This document shows positions 50,299 through 61,779 of a stretch of 64,000 nt of DNA, one piece after another. This DNA is from Nitrospirota bacterium (GTDB taxonomy: Bacteria > Nitrospirota > UBA9217): positions 96,001 to 160,000 of the forward strand of contig CAVVOB010000012.1 of assembly GCA_963749655.1 (NCBI GenBank), in the 5' to 3' direction. A program made the position numbers and the translations under genes. Position 1 is the stretch's first letter, and each line of letters starts with the position of its first letter. The notes under the pieces are model-generated. The model was given only the letters and a program-made list of their open reading frames with translations. It did not search any database and was not told the origin of the DNA.

Positions 50299-51543
50299 AT
50301 GAAGTACGCTAAACCGTTTATTCGATTCAGCAGCAAAGCCAGTCTGTTCGCCATTTCAGGAATCACGATCATGACCCTGGCCATGGCCGGGTGCGGGAAT
50401 AAGAGCGGCGCAGGCGCGCAGAAACCGGGCACGCCTCAGGAAGTAGGGATCGTAGTGGTGGCGCCGCAGCGCGTGCAGATGACCACCGAACTGTCGGGCC
50501 GGACCTGTGCCTTTCTCATTGCCGAGGTGAGGCCGCAGGTCGGCGGCATCATCCAGAAGCGCCTTTTTGTCGAAGGCGGGGACGTCAACGCGGGCGACGT
50601 GCTCTACCAGATAGACCCGGCATCCTATCAGGCTGCTTACAGCAGCGCAAAGGCCGCACTATCCAAGGCCGAGGCCAATCTTTCCCCGGCCCAGCTGAAG
50701 GCAGAGCGCTTCGAGGAACTGGTCAAGATCCAGGCCGTCAGCAGGCAGGACCATGAGAACGCCGTTGCGGCGCTCAAGCAGGCCGAGGCTGATGTGGAAT
50801 CCGCCAAGGCCGCGGTCGAGACGGCCCGGATCAACCTTGCGTATACGCGCGTCGTCGCGCCGATCTCGGGGCGGATCGGAAGGTCCTCGGTCACCACCGG
50901 CGCCCTGGTGACGGCAAACCAGGCCACCGCGCTCTCCACCATCCAGCAGCTCGATCCCATGTACGTCGACGTAACCCAGTCGAGCTCGGAAATGCTGCGC
51001 CTGAAAGCGGCGCTGGCCAGCGGCCAGCTCAAAAAAGGCGGCGCGACAAGCCAGGCCAAAGTAAAGCTGCTGCTCGAGAACGGCGCTCCTTATCCGCAGG
51101 CAGGCGCCCTGAAGTTCTCCGAAGTAACGGTCGACCAGAGCACCGGTTCCATCACCCTGCGCACGGTCTTTCCCAACCCGAACCAGCTGCTCCTGCCCGG
51201 GATGTTCGTGCGCGCGGTCATCCAGGAGGGCATTGCTGAAAAGGGCATCCTCGTTCCTCAGCAGGGCGTGAGCCGCAATCCGAAAGGGGAGTCCGTCGCC
51301 CTTGTCGTGGACGACGCCGGCGTCGTCCAGCAGCGCACCCTCACCCTCGACCGCGCGATCGGCGACCAATGGCTCGTCGCCTCGGGCCTGTCCGCCGGGG
51401 ACCGGCTGATCGTCGAGGGCATGCAGAAAGCGCGGCCTGGCAGCACCGTGAAAGCCGTGCCGTTCAGCGACAACAAGACCGGGCCGGCGTCCGCGGCCGC
51501 TCCCCAGGCGCAGCCGCAAAAGCAGGCTGACGGAGGCAAATAA
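50299..51543 (+). CDS. acrA: RND efflux periplasmic adaptor (AcrA/MexA-like lipoprotein)
   Basis: Lipobox MAGC; AEVRPQVGGII, APISGRIG and LLPGMFV motifs. Confidence 0.92.
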   Translation: MKYAKPFIRFSSKASLFAISGITIMTLAMAGCGNKSGAGAQKPGTPQEVGIVVVAPQRVQMTTELSGRTCAFLIAEVRPQVGGIIQKRLFVEGGDVNAGDVLYQIDPASYQAAYSSAKAALSKAEANLSPAQLKAERFEELVKIQAVSRQDHENAVAALKQAEADVESAKAAVETARINLAYTRVVAPISGRIGRSSVTTGALVTANQATALSTIQQLDPMYVDVTQSSSEMLRLKAALASGQLKKGGATSQAKVKLLLENGAPYPQAGALKFSEVTVDQSTGSITLRTVFPNPNQLLLPGMFVRAVIQEGIAEKGILVPQQGVSRNPKGESVALVVDDAGVVQQRTLTLDRAIGDQWLVASGLSAGDRLIVEGMQKARPGSTVKAVPFSDNKTGPASAAAPQAQPQKQADGGK

Positions 51544-54500
51544 TGTTATCGAGATTTTTCCTGGACCGGCCGGTCTTCGCCTGGGTCATCGCCATCATCC
51601 TGATGGTGGCGGGCGTCCTGGGGATCCATAACCTGCCGGTATCGCAGTATCCTCCGATCGCGCCGCCGTCCATCGCCATCACCTCCGCGTACCCGGGGGC
51701 GTCGGCGGACACGGTCGAGAACAGCGTGACCCAGATCATCGAACAGAAGATGACGGGCTTCGACAAGCTGCTGTACCTTTCCGCGACCAGCGATTCGTCC
51801 GGCGCTTCCCGCATCGAGCTGACCTTTGCCCCGGGCACCGATCCGGACCTGGCCTGGGCCCAGGTGCAGAACAAGCTCCAGCTCGCGATGGCGAGCCTGC
51901 CGCAGGTGGTGCAGCTCGCGGGCGTCACGGTGGCCAAGTCCACCAGGAACTACCTGTTGATCGTGGGCCTGGTCTCGGACGACGGAAGCATGAGCGGCTA
52001 CGACCTGCGGGACTATGCCGCGTCCAACCTGGAAAAGGTGCTGTCGCGCGTGCCGGGCGTGGGCGAGGTGCAGATCTTCGGGAGCCAGTACGCCATGCGG
52101 GTCTGGCTCAACCCCGACAAGCTCGCCGGCTACCAGATGACGATCAGCGATGTCGTCAAGGCGCTCCAGGCCTACAACGTGGAGGTCTCGGCCGGCCAGT
52201 TCGGCGGGACGCCCGCAGTGAAGGGGCAGCGTCTGAATGCCCCCATTGTCGTTCAGAGCATGCTCAAGACGCCGGAGGAGTTTGCGGCGATCCCCCTCAG
52301 GACGAATCCGGACGGATCGGTCGTGCGCGTCAGGGACGTGGGCAGGACGGAGCTCGGAACGGAATCGTACGGGGCGAACATCACCCATAACGGCAGGCCC
52401 GCAGCGGGACTGGCCATCCGGCAGGCGGCCGGGGCCAATGCGCTGGAAACGGCCGACAACGTCCGGGCGAAAATGGCGGAGATGAGCAATTTTTTTCCCG
52501 CGGGCCTGAAGGTCGTTTATCCCTATGACACCACCCCCTTCGTGCGGGTGGCCATCAATGAGGTGGTCAAGACGCTCATCGAGGCGATCGTGCTGGTCTT
52601 CCTGGTCATGTACCTGTTCATGGGAAACATGCGGGCCACCCTGATCCCGACCATCGCCGTGCCGGTGGTGCTTCTGGGGACGTTCGCGGTGCTCGGACTG
52701 TTCGGGTTCTCGATCAACATGCTCACCATGTTCGCCATGGTGCTGGCCATCGGCCTCCTGGTGGACGACGCGATCGTGGTCGTGGAGAACGTGGAGCGGA
52801 TCATGAGCGAGGAAGGGCTTTCGCCCCGGGAGGCCACGCGCAAGTCCATGGACCAGATCACGAGCGCCCTGATCGGCATCGGCCTGGTGCTCTCGGCGGT
52901 CTTCGGCCCCATGGCGTTCTTCAGCGGTTCGACCGGCGTCATTTACCGCCAGTTTTCCGTGACCATCATCGCCTCCATGCTTCTCTCGGTCGTCGTGGCC
53001 CTGGTCCTGACGCCGGTGCTGTGCGCGACCTTTCTCAAGCCGGTGCCCAAGGGCCACGAGCCGGCGGAAGGCGGGATCTGGTTCATGCGGCCCTTCTTCC
53101 GCTGGTTCGACCAGGTCTTCTTCCGGGCCAGGGACAAGTATCTGCATTTCGTGGGACAGTCCCTCGCCAACAAGATGCGCTACGCGGTGATATTCCTGGT
53201 GATCGTCGCGGTCATGGGCCTTCTCTTCAAGCGGATGCCGACCGCCTATCTCCCGGACGAAGACCAGGGAATGATGATGGTGCAGGCCATGCTGCCGGCC
53301 AACTCGACCCTGGAGCAGACCGACAAGGTCATGGAGGGGGTCAGGAATTATTTTCTGGAGAATGAAAAGGAAGCGGTCGAGGCCGTGCTGGCGATTTCCG
53401 GCTCCAGTTTCGCGGGAACGGGACAGAACCAGGGCATGGCCTTCATCAAGCTCAGGGACTGGGAGCTCCGCGACCGCGGGGACCTGAAGGTCACTGCCGT
53501 GGCCGGAAGGGCCATGAAGGAGTTTTCCAAGGTCCGCAACGCGCTGGTCTTTGCCTTTGCGCCGCCTGCCGTGGTCGAACTCGGCACGGCAAAGGGATTC
53601 GATTTTCAGCTGCTCGACCGGGGCGGTCTGGGCCACACCAGGCTGATGGCGGCCCGCAACGAGCTCCTCGGCATGGCTGCAAAGGACCCGGCGCTGACCA
53701 AGGTACGGCCCAACGGACAGGAAGACGTGCCTGAGTACCGGATCGACGTGGACTGGGAACGGGCCGGCGCCCTGGGGCTGCCCATAACCTCCATCCACAA
53801 TACGATCTCGGCGGGTTTCGGCAGCTCCTTTGTGAACGATTTCATTCAGGCGGGACGGGTGAAGAAGGTCTTTGTCCAGGCCGATGCGCCCTTCCGCATG
53901 CTGCCTGACGACCTCAGGCGGTTCCATGTGCGCAACGACTCGGGCAGGATGGTCCCTTTTTCCTCCTTTGCGTCGGGCCACTGGGACACCGGCTCTCCCA
54001 AGCTGGAGCGCTTTAACGGTTTCCCGTCGGTCAACATCGTGGGCGAAGCGGCGCCGGGCAGGAGCTCCGGCGAGGCGATGCAGGCCATGGAGAACTTCGT
54101 AAAGAAACTGCCGCAGGGGGTCGGCTACGACTGGACCGGCCTCTCCTACCAGGAACGGCAGGCAGGCACCCAGACGGGACTGCTCTATGCTTTTTCCATC
54201 CTGGTGATCTTTCTCTGCCTGGCCGCCCTGTATGAGAGCTGGCCGATCCCGGTCTCGATTCTGCTGGCCCTGCCCCTGGGGGTCATCGGCGGCGTGATCG
54301 GCTCGTCGCTCCGGGGAATGCCGAATGACGTCTACTTCCAGATCGGGCTGCTCACGACGCTCGGACTGACCACCAAGAACGCGATCCTGATCGTCCAGTT
54401 CGCCAAGGCACGGGTGGATGAGGGCAAGGACCTGATCGAGGCCACGCTGGAGGCGGCAAAGCTGCGGCTGCGTCCCATTGTCATGACCTCGCTGGCCTTC

Positions 54501-54728
54501 GGCTTCGGCGTCCTGCCGCTGACCCTTGCAACCGGAGCGGGCGCGGGCGCGCAAAAGGCCATCGGCACCGCGGTGCTGGGCGGCGTGGTCACCTCCACAT
54601 TCCTGGTGACCGTTTTTGCCCCGCTCTTTTACGTAGTCATCGAAAAGAAGTTCGGCAGACACCGGAAAAATATGCCTGCCGATGCATCCGATATCATTTC
54701 ATCACGAGGGCAGAACAGCCATGAATAA
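51543..54728 (+). CDS. acrB: RND efflux permease (AcrB/MexB-like)
   Basis: [34 protein letters not shown] and RLRPIVMTS motifs. Confidence 0.95.
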   Translation: MLSRFFLDRPVFAWVIAIILMVAGVLGIHNLPVSQYPPIAPPSIAITSAYPGASADTVENSVTQIIEQKMTGFDKLLYLSATSDSSGASRIELTFAPGTDPDLAWAQVQNKLQLAMASLPQVVQLAGVTVAKSTRNYLLIVGLVSDDGSMSGYDLRDYAASNLEKVLSRVPGVGEVQIFGSQYAMRVWLNPDKLAGYQMTISDVVKALQAYNVEVSAGQFGGTPAVKGQRLNAPIVVQSMLKTPEEFAAIPLRTNPDGSVVRVRDVGRTELGTESYGANITHNGRPAAGLAIRQAAGANALETADNVRAKMAEMSNFFPAGLKVVYPYDTTPFVRVAINEVVKTLIEAIVLVFLVMYLFMGNMRATLIPTIAVPVVLLGTFAVLGLFGFSINMLTMFAMVLAIGLLVDDAIVVVENVERIMSEEGLSPREATRKSMDQITSALIGIGLVLSAVFGPMAFFSGSTGVIYRQFSVTIIASMLLSVVVALVLTPVLCATFLKPVPKGHEPAEGGIWFMRPFFRWFDQVFFRARDKYLHFVGQSLANKMRYAVIFLVIVAVMGLLFKRMPTAYLPDEDQGMMMVQAMLPANSTLEQTDKVMEGVRNYFLENEKEAVEAVLAISGSSFAGTGQNQGMAFIKLRDWELRDRGDLKVTAVAGRAMKEFSKVRNALVFAFAPPAVVELGTAKGFDFQLLDRGGLGHTRLMAARNELLGMAAKDPALTKVRPNGQEDVPEYRIDVDWERAGALGLPITSIHNTISAGFGSSFVNDFIQAGRVKKVFVQADAPFRMLPDDLRRFHVRNDSGRMVPFSSFASGHWDTGSPKLERFNGFPSVNIVGEAAPGRSSGEAMQAMENFVKKLPQGVGYDWTGLSYQERQAGTQTGLLYAFSILVIFLCLAALYESWPIPVSILLALPLGVIGGVIGSSLRGMPNDVYFQIGLLTTLGLTTKNAILIVQFAKARVDEGKDLIEATLEAAKLRLRPIVMTSLAFGFGVLPLTLATGAGAGAQKAIGTAVLGGVVTSTFLVTVFAPLFYVVIEKKFGRHRKNMPADASDIISSRGQNSHE

Positions 54729-56130
54729 AAAACTCATTCTTGTTCCGTTGATCGTACTGATCCTGGCCGGCTGCACCATGGCCCCGAAATACGTCCGACC
54801 CGAGGCCCCGGTCCCGGGCGACTGGCCCAAGGGCGAAGCGTATGAGAAGGCCGGGGGCGACGCGTCCGCCAGGGCGGCTGCCGAGGTGCCGTGGCAGGAG
54901 TTCATTATCGACCAGCAGCTCCGGAAGCTGATCACGCTCGCCCTGGCGAATAACCGCGACTTTCGGATCGCGGCGCTCACGATAGAAAAAATGCAGGCGC
55001 TCTATCAGATCCAGCGGGCCGATCTCTTTCCCACGATCGCCGCCGCAGGCAACGGGACCGAACAGCGGGTGCCCGAGAGCATTTCAGGGACCGGTTCGCC
55101 CGTGAACGTTCACCAATACAGCGTCGGCCTCGGTTTCAGCTCCTATGAACTCGATTTTTTCGGCCGGGTAAGAAGTCTCAAGGCCCAGGCATTGGAACAA
55201 TTTATTGCCACCGAAGAGGAGAAGCGCAGCGTCCAGATCAGCCTGGTGGCCGAGGTCGCAGGAGCATACCTGACCCTGGCCGCCGACCGCGAACATCTGA
55301 GGCTCGCCCGGGAAACGCTCGCAAACCAGGAATCCTTCTACGGGCTCACGAAGAGCCGCTTCGATGCGGGAATTTCCTCGGCGCTCGATCTCTATCAGGC
55401 GCAGACCAGCGTCGACACGGCGCGGGTGGACATCGCCCAGTACACCAGTCTGGCGGCACAGGACGAGAACGCGCTTGCGCTCGTGATCGGCTCGCCGGTG
55501 CCGGAGGAATTGCTGCCGGACGGGCTGAGTATGGTTACGGCGCTGAAGGAGTTCAACCAGGGCCTGCCGTCGGACCTGCTGCTGAACCGTCCCGACATCA
55601 TACAGGCGGAGCACCTGCTCAGGGGGGCGAATGCGAATATCGGCGCGGCGCGGGCGGCGTTCTTTCCCAGCATCACGCTCACCACGAATATCGGCACCTA
55701 CAGCACGGAGTTGTCAGGCCTCTTCAAGGGGGGGACCACGGGGTGGAGTTTTGCCCCCCAGATCAGTCTTCCGATTTTTACAGGCGGAAGGAACCGGGCC
55801 AATCTGAAAGCGGCTGAAGTCGACCGGGAGATCTTCGTCGCTCAATATGAGAAGGCGATCCAGGGCGCGTTCCGGGAAGTGGCCGACGCCCTGGCCCAGC
55901 GCGGCACCATTGACGACCAGATGACCGCGCAGCAGTCGCTGACCGAAGCGACCTCTCAGAGCTACCGCCTTTCGCAGGCCCGCTACGAAAAGGGGGTGGA
56001 CAGCTACCTGGTCGTGCTCGATTCCCAGCGCTCCTACTACGGCGCCCAGCAGAGTCTGATCGCGGTGCGGCTTGCGCGCCTCATCAACCAGGTGACGCTC
56101 TACAAGGTCCTCGGCGGAGGCGGCGTGTAG
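54721..56130 (+). CDS. Outer-membrane efflux lipoprotein (OprM/NodT-like)
   Basis: Lipobox LAGC; [22 protein letters not shown] and LYKVLGGG motifs. Confidence 0.93.
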   Translation: MNKKLILVPLIVLILAGCTMAPKYVRPEAPVPGDWPKGEAYEKAGGDASARAAAEVPWQEFIIDQQLRKLITLALANNRDFRIAALTIEKMQALYQIQRADLFPTIAAAGNGTEQRVPESISGTGSPVNVHQYSVGLGFSSYELDFFGRVRSLKAQALEQFIATEEEKRSVQISLVAEVAGAYLTLAADREHLRLARETLANQESFYGLTKSRFDAGISSALDLYQAQTSVDTARVDIAQYTSLAAQDENALALVIGSPVPEELLPDGLSMVTALKEFNQGLPSDLLLNRPDIIQAEHLLRGANANIGAARAAFFPSITLTTNIGTYSTELSGLFKGGTTGWSFAPQISLPIFTGGRNRANLKAAEVDREIFVAQYEKAIQGAFREVADALAQRGTIDDQMTAQQSLTEATSQSYRLSQARYEKGVDSYLVVLDSQRSYYGAQQSLIAVRLARLINQVTLYKVLGGGGV

Positions 56131-56133
56131 CCT

Positions 56134-56547
56134 ATGACAGATATGGCGATGAAGACGATTCTTCTGATAGACGACGACAAAGACGTCCTGGCGTTCCTCG
56201 GAGACGCGCTGAGAGGGGCAGGACATCATATTATACCCAGAAGCGACGCGGGGTCCGCTCTCGGCGTTCTCCGCGAGGGAACCAGGGTCGACCTGGTGAT
56301 CACCGATTACCAGATGCCGGGACTCGACGCCCTGTCCTTCATGTCCCGTTTGAGGGAATCGGCGCCGAACGTCCCGGTTATCGTGCTGACCGGACATGGC
56401 AATGTGGAGCTGTATCTCAAGGTCATGAGTCTCGGCGCGTTCGAATACGTAAACAAGCCGGTCAGGACCGGCGAATTGAACCGGATCGTACAGTCTGCGC
56501 TTCAAGGGCCGGCGACAGGCCCGTTGGCATCAGGAGAGAACCTGTAA
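56134..56547 (+). CDS. Single-domain response regulator
   Basis: LIDDD, DYQMP, LTGHG and KP motifs. Confidence 0.9.
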   Translation: MTDMAMKTILLIDDDKDVLAFLGDALRGAGHHIIPRSDAGSALGVLREGTRVDLVITDYQMPGLDALSFMSRLRESAPNVPVIVLTGHGNVELYLKVMSLGAFEYVNKPVRTGELNRIVQSALQGPATGPLASGENL

Positions 56548-56562
56548 CGGGGAGGGCATGGC

Positions 56563-57237
56563 ATGATACATGCGGGGATTCTGGCCTGGCTTGCCTGGTC
56601 ATTCGTCATGCTGTTGATCCGGTCCGTCAGAGTGCGCTTCGTAAACAGAGATTCTGCGGAAGGGCCCCTTACCGGCAAGAAGAACGTCATCTATGCTTTT
56701 TTCCACGGAGATATGGTCCCGCTGCTTCATGTGTACCGGAATTCCGGCATCCTGATCCCTGCAAGCGAAAGCAGGGACGGAGAAATCATTGCGCGGGTGT
56801 TGAAGAATTTCGGTTTCGACGTCGTACGGGGGTCGAGTAAACGCAAGGGTCATAAAGCGCTTCGCGAGCTGATCACGGGGATGCGCAGTGGAAAGACGGT
56901 CGCGATCTCCGTTGACGGTCCCCGCGGGCCGCTGCATGAGGTGAAGCCGGGCGTCGTGTACCTCGGAGGTCTGCTGAAAATACCGATCGTCCCTGTGGCG
57001 GTTTCGGCAAAGCGGTTCCGGACCATCGGACAAAGCTGGGACCGGCTCATGATCCCCGCTCCCTTTACCGAGTGCGTGATCCTTTACGGCGATCCCGTCT
57101 TCGTGAGAGGAACCTCGGATGAGGAGATCGACGCGGCCCGGCGAACGCTCGAGGCGCGGCTTCGCGGATTAAAACAACAGGCGCAGTCCATATTCCCGAA
57201 CAACCGGACCGATTTGCGATCCACAGGGCCGGTCTGA
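56563..57237 (+). CDS. DUF374 / lysophospholipid acyltransferase family protein
   Basis: AFFHG, SESRDGE, VRGSS and VDGPRGP motifs. Confidence 0.88.
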   Translation: MIHAGILAWLAWSFVMLLIRSVRVRFVNRDSAEGPLTGKKNVIYAFFHGDMVPLLHVYRNSGILIPASESRDGEIIARVLKNFGFDVVRGSSKRKGHKALRELITGMRSGKTVAISVDGPRGPLHEVKPGVVYLGGLLKIPIVPVAVSAKRFRTIGQSWDRLMIPAPFTECVILYGDPVFVRGTSDEEIDAARRTLEARLRGLKQQAQSIFPNNRTDLRSTGPV

Positions 57238-57278
57238 GAGAACGGGTCTTCATCCTTTCCAACAAAGAGGAGAGTATT

Positions 57279-57398
57279 ATGCGGGTGATAAAAATAACGA
57301 GAGAAGTTTCCCCCCTGTTCCTTGCCAAAGGGGCCTGGCGCTTCTGGGCGGGCTTTATTGTTCTCTGCTTCGTCGTCTATCTCGTCATAAAGGGATGA
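57279..57398 (+). CDS. Putative 39-aa single-TM small protein (not in the ORF track)
   Basis: RBS GAGGAG; MRVIKITREVSPLFLAKGAWRFWAGFIVLCFVVYLVIKG*. Confidence 0.5.
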   Translation: MRVIKITREVSPLFLAKGAWRFWAGFIVLCFVVYLVIKG

Positions 57399-57476
57399 GA
57401 TACGCTCCCTTCGAGGAAATGAGGGAAACGGCCGGATGAGTATGCGGCCCTCCTGGAAGACCGCGCACGAACGATC

Positions 57477-58727
57477 ATGTTCAAGAAAATATCTCTTACA
57501 CTATGGTTTCTTGTATTCCTTCCGCAGATGACGCAGGGAGCGGTGAAGAATGCGTATCTCGGGGACGTGGGCGTGAGCGTCGAAGGAAATACCAGGAGCA
57601 AGCCGCAGCTGATCGAATCCCTCGTAGCCAAATGCCTTGAAAAGGGCGGGTTTAAAAGCTGGGACACCGTCGATGCCCCGTCAGTACGGCAGTGCATCAC
57701 CAATTCCCGGCTCTTCAGCGAGGTCGCCGTGGAGGTGAAACAACCGGAGATCCATGTCCTGCTAAAAGACCGGTGGACCCTGATCCCGATACCGAACGCA
57801 TACTCGAGCGACGGAAAGCAGTCGATCGGCGTTTTTGTCTTTGACTCGAATTTTCTCGGCTACGGTAAAACCGTGGGGGTCGGGGGGGCGCTCTCGACGG
57901 AAGGCAACACCGTTTCCCTGTTCTATTCCGACCCGTCCGTGAATTTCAGCGATTACACGTTCAGGATTTGGGCGGTGAGGTCTTCCTCGGAGTTCGACGC
58001 CTACGATCACACTGCGATTCTGTACGGCTTCAATAAGGTGGAGGAGGGGTTCTTTCTTTCTCCGGGGTATAAAATAACGCCGTCGCTGGAAGTGTCCCTG
58101 TCCCTCAATTATACAAACAAGCGTTATTCGACGCTGGATCAGTTCGCCGTGCCTGAAGACTACCGTGCGTGGGGCGCGGGCGCCAAGATTTCCTATACGG
58201 ACTCGGACTACAAGCTTTTTTACAACGACGGGCTGTCGGGACAGATCGCGTGGTCAGGCCAGATGGAGCGGTCCGACAGCGGCAGAAGGGTCTCGACCGC
58301 AGCGGCGAAAGTGGAGTGGGATATCCTGGTCTTCGATAAACATGCGCTGCAGCTCGCCCTCAATGCGGCCCGGCAGTCCGATGCGGCCGCGGGAGACGTC
58401 TCCATGTTCGGGAGAACACGGGGTTTTCGGGGCATCCAGCCGAACGGCCTCTGGACGCGCGCGATCGTTGCAGGTTCCGCAGATTACCAGATCCCTCTCG
58501 CAAAGATGAAGCACGGCACCGTTACCGTCGCGCCTTTTGCGGACTATGGAGCTTACCAACCGTTCTTCCCGGGAACGGGAAGCAACTATGCAGCGTACGG
58601 ACTCGGGGCTTATTACTTTATCAACACCATTAACCTGCCGGGTATCGGATTGCTGGCCGGAGTGAATGAAAAGTTTATGGGGAACTTTGTCGCCATTCAG
58701 ATCGGGCTGGCGTTCGGGTCGAGATGA
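57477..58727 (+). CDS. Omp85/BamA-TamA-like outer-membrane protein with one POTRA domain
   Basis: Signal peptide; VEGNTRSK, LFSEV, DRWTLIP, DSNFLGYG and FRG motifs; amphipathic beta strands. Confidence 0.72.
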   Translation: MFKKISLTLWFLVFLPQMTQGAVKNAYLGDVGVSVEGNTRSKPQLIESLVAKCLEKGGFKSWDTVDAPSVRQCITNSRLFSEVAVEVKQPEIHVLLKDRWTLIPIPNAYSSDGKQSIGVFVFDSNFLGYGKTVGVGGALSTEGNTVSLFYSDPSVNFSDYTFRIWAVRSSSEFDAYDHTAILYGFNKVEEGFFLSPGYKITPSLEVSLSLNYTNKRYSTLDQFAVPEDYRAWGAGAKISYTDSDYKLFYNDGLSGQIAWSGQMERSDSGRRVSTAAAKVEWDILVFDKHALQLALNAARQSDAAAGDVSMFGRTRGFRGIQPNGLWTRAIVAGSADYQIPLAKMKHGTVTVAPFADYGAYQPFFPGTGSNYAAYGLGAYYFINTINLPGIGLLAGVNEKFMGNFVAIQIGLAFGSR

Positions 58728-58972
58728 AAATTTTCAGGTCCCCGGCCGTAAGCGGTTCTTTCCGGCGACAGTTTTCCTGGACCTGATCCAGCGATAGCAC
58801 CTTCCCCGCACTTCCCACGCAGTCTTCCGCGCACGCAGTACCAAAAATCCACTCCTCATCGTGTGAACGTTCCGAACAAGCCGCATAAGATTGCAGGGCG
58901 ATTTGCTATAGTTGAACCAGTGAGGCGATCGGATAATCTCCCAGATCGGTACCTGCCGAGTAGGAGGGAATC

Positions 58973-59740
58973 GTGAAGAAGGTCACTGCGTTCGTCGGCA
59001 CGCCCCGCAAGCAGCACACCCAGTACGCGGTCCAAAAGTTCCTGAGGTCCCTCCAGTCGCTCGGCGGCGTCGAATGCGAGATCATCGCGCTCTCTGACTG
59101 CAAACTGGAGGTGTGCAGGGGTTGTAAGAACTGCTTTCGCAAGGGCGAGGAGTTCTGCCCGTTGAAGGATGACCGGGACGTGCTCATCGGGAAAATGACG
59201 GCGTCGGACGGAGTGGTCTTCGCAACTCCGAACTACTCGTACCAGGTCTCAGCGATCATGAAGATGTTCCTCGACAGGCTCGGCTTTGTGTTCCACCGTC
59301 CGCGCTTCTTCGGCAGGACCTTTACCAGCATCGTGGCCCAGGGTATATACGGCGGGTCGAAGATAGTGAAGTACCTGGACTTCGTGGGTATGGGCCTTGG
59401 TTTCAACGTGGTCCGGGGAAGTTGTACCACGGCCTTTGATCCGATGAGCGAGAAGGAGCGGGAAAAGATCGACAGCGTCGCAACAGAGCACAGTAAAAGG
59501 TTCCACGCCGGACTGTCGCAGCCGCAGTATCCCGTCCCGGCGCTCTTCAAGCTCTTTGCCTTCAGGGTGGCCCGGACGAGCATGCGGGTGATGCTCGACG
59601 AGACCTCCCGCGACTTTACGTACTACCGGGACAAGGGCTGGTTCGAATCCGACTACTTCTATCCTGTTCGTTTGAATATGGTCAAGAAGGCTGCCGGAAG
59701 CCTGGTCGACTTCATTACATCGAAAAGTGTAAAGAAATAA
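58973..59740 (+). CDS. Flavodoxin-family / iron-sulfur flavoprotein (FMN reductase-like)
   Basis: GTPRK, CRGCKNC...CPLKDD, ATPNY and KMFLDR motifs. Confidence 0.88.
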   Translation: MKKVTAFVGTPRKQHTQYAVQKFLRSLQSLGGVECEIIALSDCKLEVCRGCKNCFRKGEEFCPLKDDRDVLIGKMTASDGVVFATPNYSYQVSAIMKMFLDRLGFVFHRPRFFGRTFTSIVAQGIYGGSKIVKYLDFVGMGLGFNVVRGSCTTAFDPMSEKEREKIDSVATEHSKRFHAGLSQPQYPVPALFKLFAFRVARTSMRVMLDETSRDFTYYRDKGWFESDYFYPVRLNMVKKAAGSLVDFITSKSVKK

Positions 59741-60050
59741 GATGATAATATTTTTTACCGCAGAGATCGCAGAGGCCGCAGAGAAATGAAGGTCTTGGAA
59801 TACTATCGGAGTCGGTAAGAGAAGACCGGATAAATCCCGAAAATATTCAGGTTACATGAACTTCGGCTTATAGCTCTGACAAGACGTTCTCGGCGTCCTC
59901 TGCGGTGAAAGTTTTGAAGTCGACGATCATAATCGGTTCTTCCGGCTTCAGGGGGACTTTTTAGGAGGTTGCTGTCAATTTTGCAACATACCCTAAAAAT
60001 ACCCCATTTTTGTTCTTTATTTTTTTTTGAATAATCACTATATTTTGGTG

Positions 60051-60395
60051 ATGGAGAAGAGCATTCTGGTAATTGACGACAATGAACTGCTGCTCGATAC
60101 GGTTCAGGAACTCCTTCGCCTGGACGGATATCACGTCACCCGATGCAACCGGGGAGCCAAGGTCGTTGACCTCTTGACGAAAAAGTCATTTGATGCCGCT
60201 CTGGTCGATTATCAAATACCGGATATGACCGGCACAAAAATAACGAGAATTCTGCGCAAAGAGGCCCCGAATATACTGATCGTAGGCTTCAGCCTGTTTC
60301 ATAGAAAAAATGAGTTCATGGAGGCCGGCGCCGACTTTTTTTACCCTAAACCGTTCATAGACGAGGTAATGCAGAAGATCAATGAGCTGGTATAG
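60051..60395 (+). CDS. Single-domain response regulator
   Basis: ILVIDD, DYQIPDMTG and AGADFFYPKP motifs. Confidence 0.85.
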   Translation: MEKSILVIDDNELLLDTVQELLRLDGYHVTRCNRGAKVVDLLTKKSFDAALVDYQIPDMTGTKITRILRKEAPNILIVGFSLFHRKNEFMEAGADFFYPKPFIDEVMQKINELV

Positions 60396-60593
60396 CTTCC
60401 ACCCCGTTCCTGTGAATAACAGGGATCATCATATCTGCGCGCCTGCCTGAACTGCCGATCGTTTCCCCAAAGCTGCCGTCCATTCCCGTTTTCTTACCGT
60501 CCGTCGCATCTTTTTTGCGCCCCCCTGTTCCCTCCGGTATCCTCGAAGTATGAAGGCTTCCGTTGTTGCCTGTTCGGAAGAAGGTGATATCCT

Positions 60594-61679
60594 ATGAAAC
60601 AGCCTCCTGCGTTCTTCGCAAAATTGCTGGCGATTGTCCTGATGACGGCCTGCTCTTGCGCAGCCACTGCAGCGCACGATCCGGCACTGCAGGATCGCGG
60701 CGGCAATGAACCGGGCTCCATCGACCAAAAGCATCATACCGCCGGGGGATTCCGCAATTATCCGCCCGCGCCGGAAGCCGTGCCGATGGGGCCGATGTTC
60801 TATTTGCGCAGAGCATGGAATTCGGTTTTTCTCGACAAAGCCCCCGCCGGCCGCGTCTTGCCGCAGGACGAGGCCCTGCGGCTCCTGAAAGCGGCCCAGG
60901 GCGACGGAATAACGTGGCTGGGACACGCGACGTTCCTCATCAGAACAGCAGGAAAAACGATCCTCACGGACCCCTTCCTGACGGAACGAGCCAGCCCTTT
61001 TTCCTGGATCGGACCACGGCGCTATGTTCCTCCGGGGATCCCCCTGGAGAAGCTGCCGCCTCTCGACGGCATCGTCGTATCCCACAATCACTATGATCAC
61101 CTGGACGAGAAGACCGTTCGCGCCCTGCCGCATAAGAACAGCATTCATGTCGTCGTGCCCCTGGGTCTGAAGGGCTTTTTCTCGGAACGCGGATACGGCA
61201 ATGTGACCGAGCTCGACTGGGGAGAGGAAACGTCCCTTGACAAGGTGAAGGTGATTGCCCTGCCTGCAGCTCACGATTCCGCAAGAAATACCAGCGATCG
61301 GAACAGAACCCTGTGGGCGTCGTGGGCGATCATAAGCCCGGCGATCAGGATTTATTTTGTCGGCGACAGCGCCTACTCCGACTCGATTTTCAAGGAGATC
61401 GGCGGCCGCTGGGGACCCTTCGATTACGCGATACTGCCGATAGGCGCCTATGAACCGCGAAAACTGATGTCGATGCATCACGTCACTCCCGAGGAGGCGG
61501 TTTCGATCGGCAGGGACACGCGGGCAAAAACGCTGATCGCGTCGCACTGGGGCACCATCAACCTGTCCGATGAGCCGCAGGAGGAGCCGCCGGAGCGGTT
61601 CCTGAGGGCGGGTGAGCAGGCGGGAATGAGGGAAAAAGACATCTGGATCCTGAAGATCGGCGAAACGCGGGCCTTTTGA
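60594..61679 (+). CDS. MBL-fold metallo-hydrolase (NAPE-PLD/RomA-like)
   Basis: TWLGHA, TDP, SHNHYDHLD, GDSAY, PIGAYEPR and HWGT motifs. Confidence 0.9.
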   Translation: MKQPPAFFAKLLAIVLMTACSCAATAAHDPALQDRGGNEPGSIDQKHHTAGGFRNYPPAPEAVPMGPMFYLRRAWNSVFLDKAPAGRVLPQDEALRLLKAAQGDGITWLGHATFLIRTAGKTILTDPFLTERASPFSWIGPRRYVPPGIPLEKLPPLDGIVVSHNHYDHLDEKTVRALPHKNSIHVVVPLGLKGFFSERGYGNVTELDWGEETSLDKVKVIALPAAHDSARNTSDRNRTLWASWAIISPAIRIYFVGDSAYSDSIFKEIGGRWGPFDYAILPIGAYEPRKLMSMHHVTPEEAVSIGRDTRAKTLIASHWGTINLSDEPQEEPPERFLRAGEQAGMREKDIWILKIGETRAF

Positions 61680-61779
61680 CTCCGGAAGCGGAAGAGCTTT
61701 AATCGGTCCTGTTCGGAAATTCGGACAAACGACTGAGCCTGTCAGAATTTCCGTCGGGCTATACGATCCCTGTTCACAG

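Noticed and set aside
51546-54662. 1038-aa antisense ORF (similar ones at 10407-12065, 8703-10079 and 14725-16014)
   Set aside because: Shadow ORFs on the reverse strand of GC-rich genes; no recognizable motifs.
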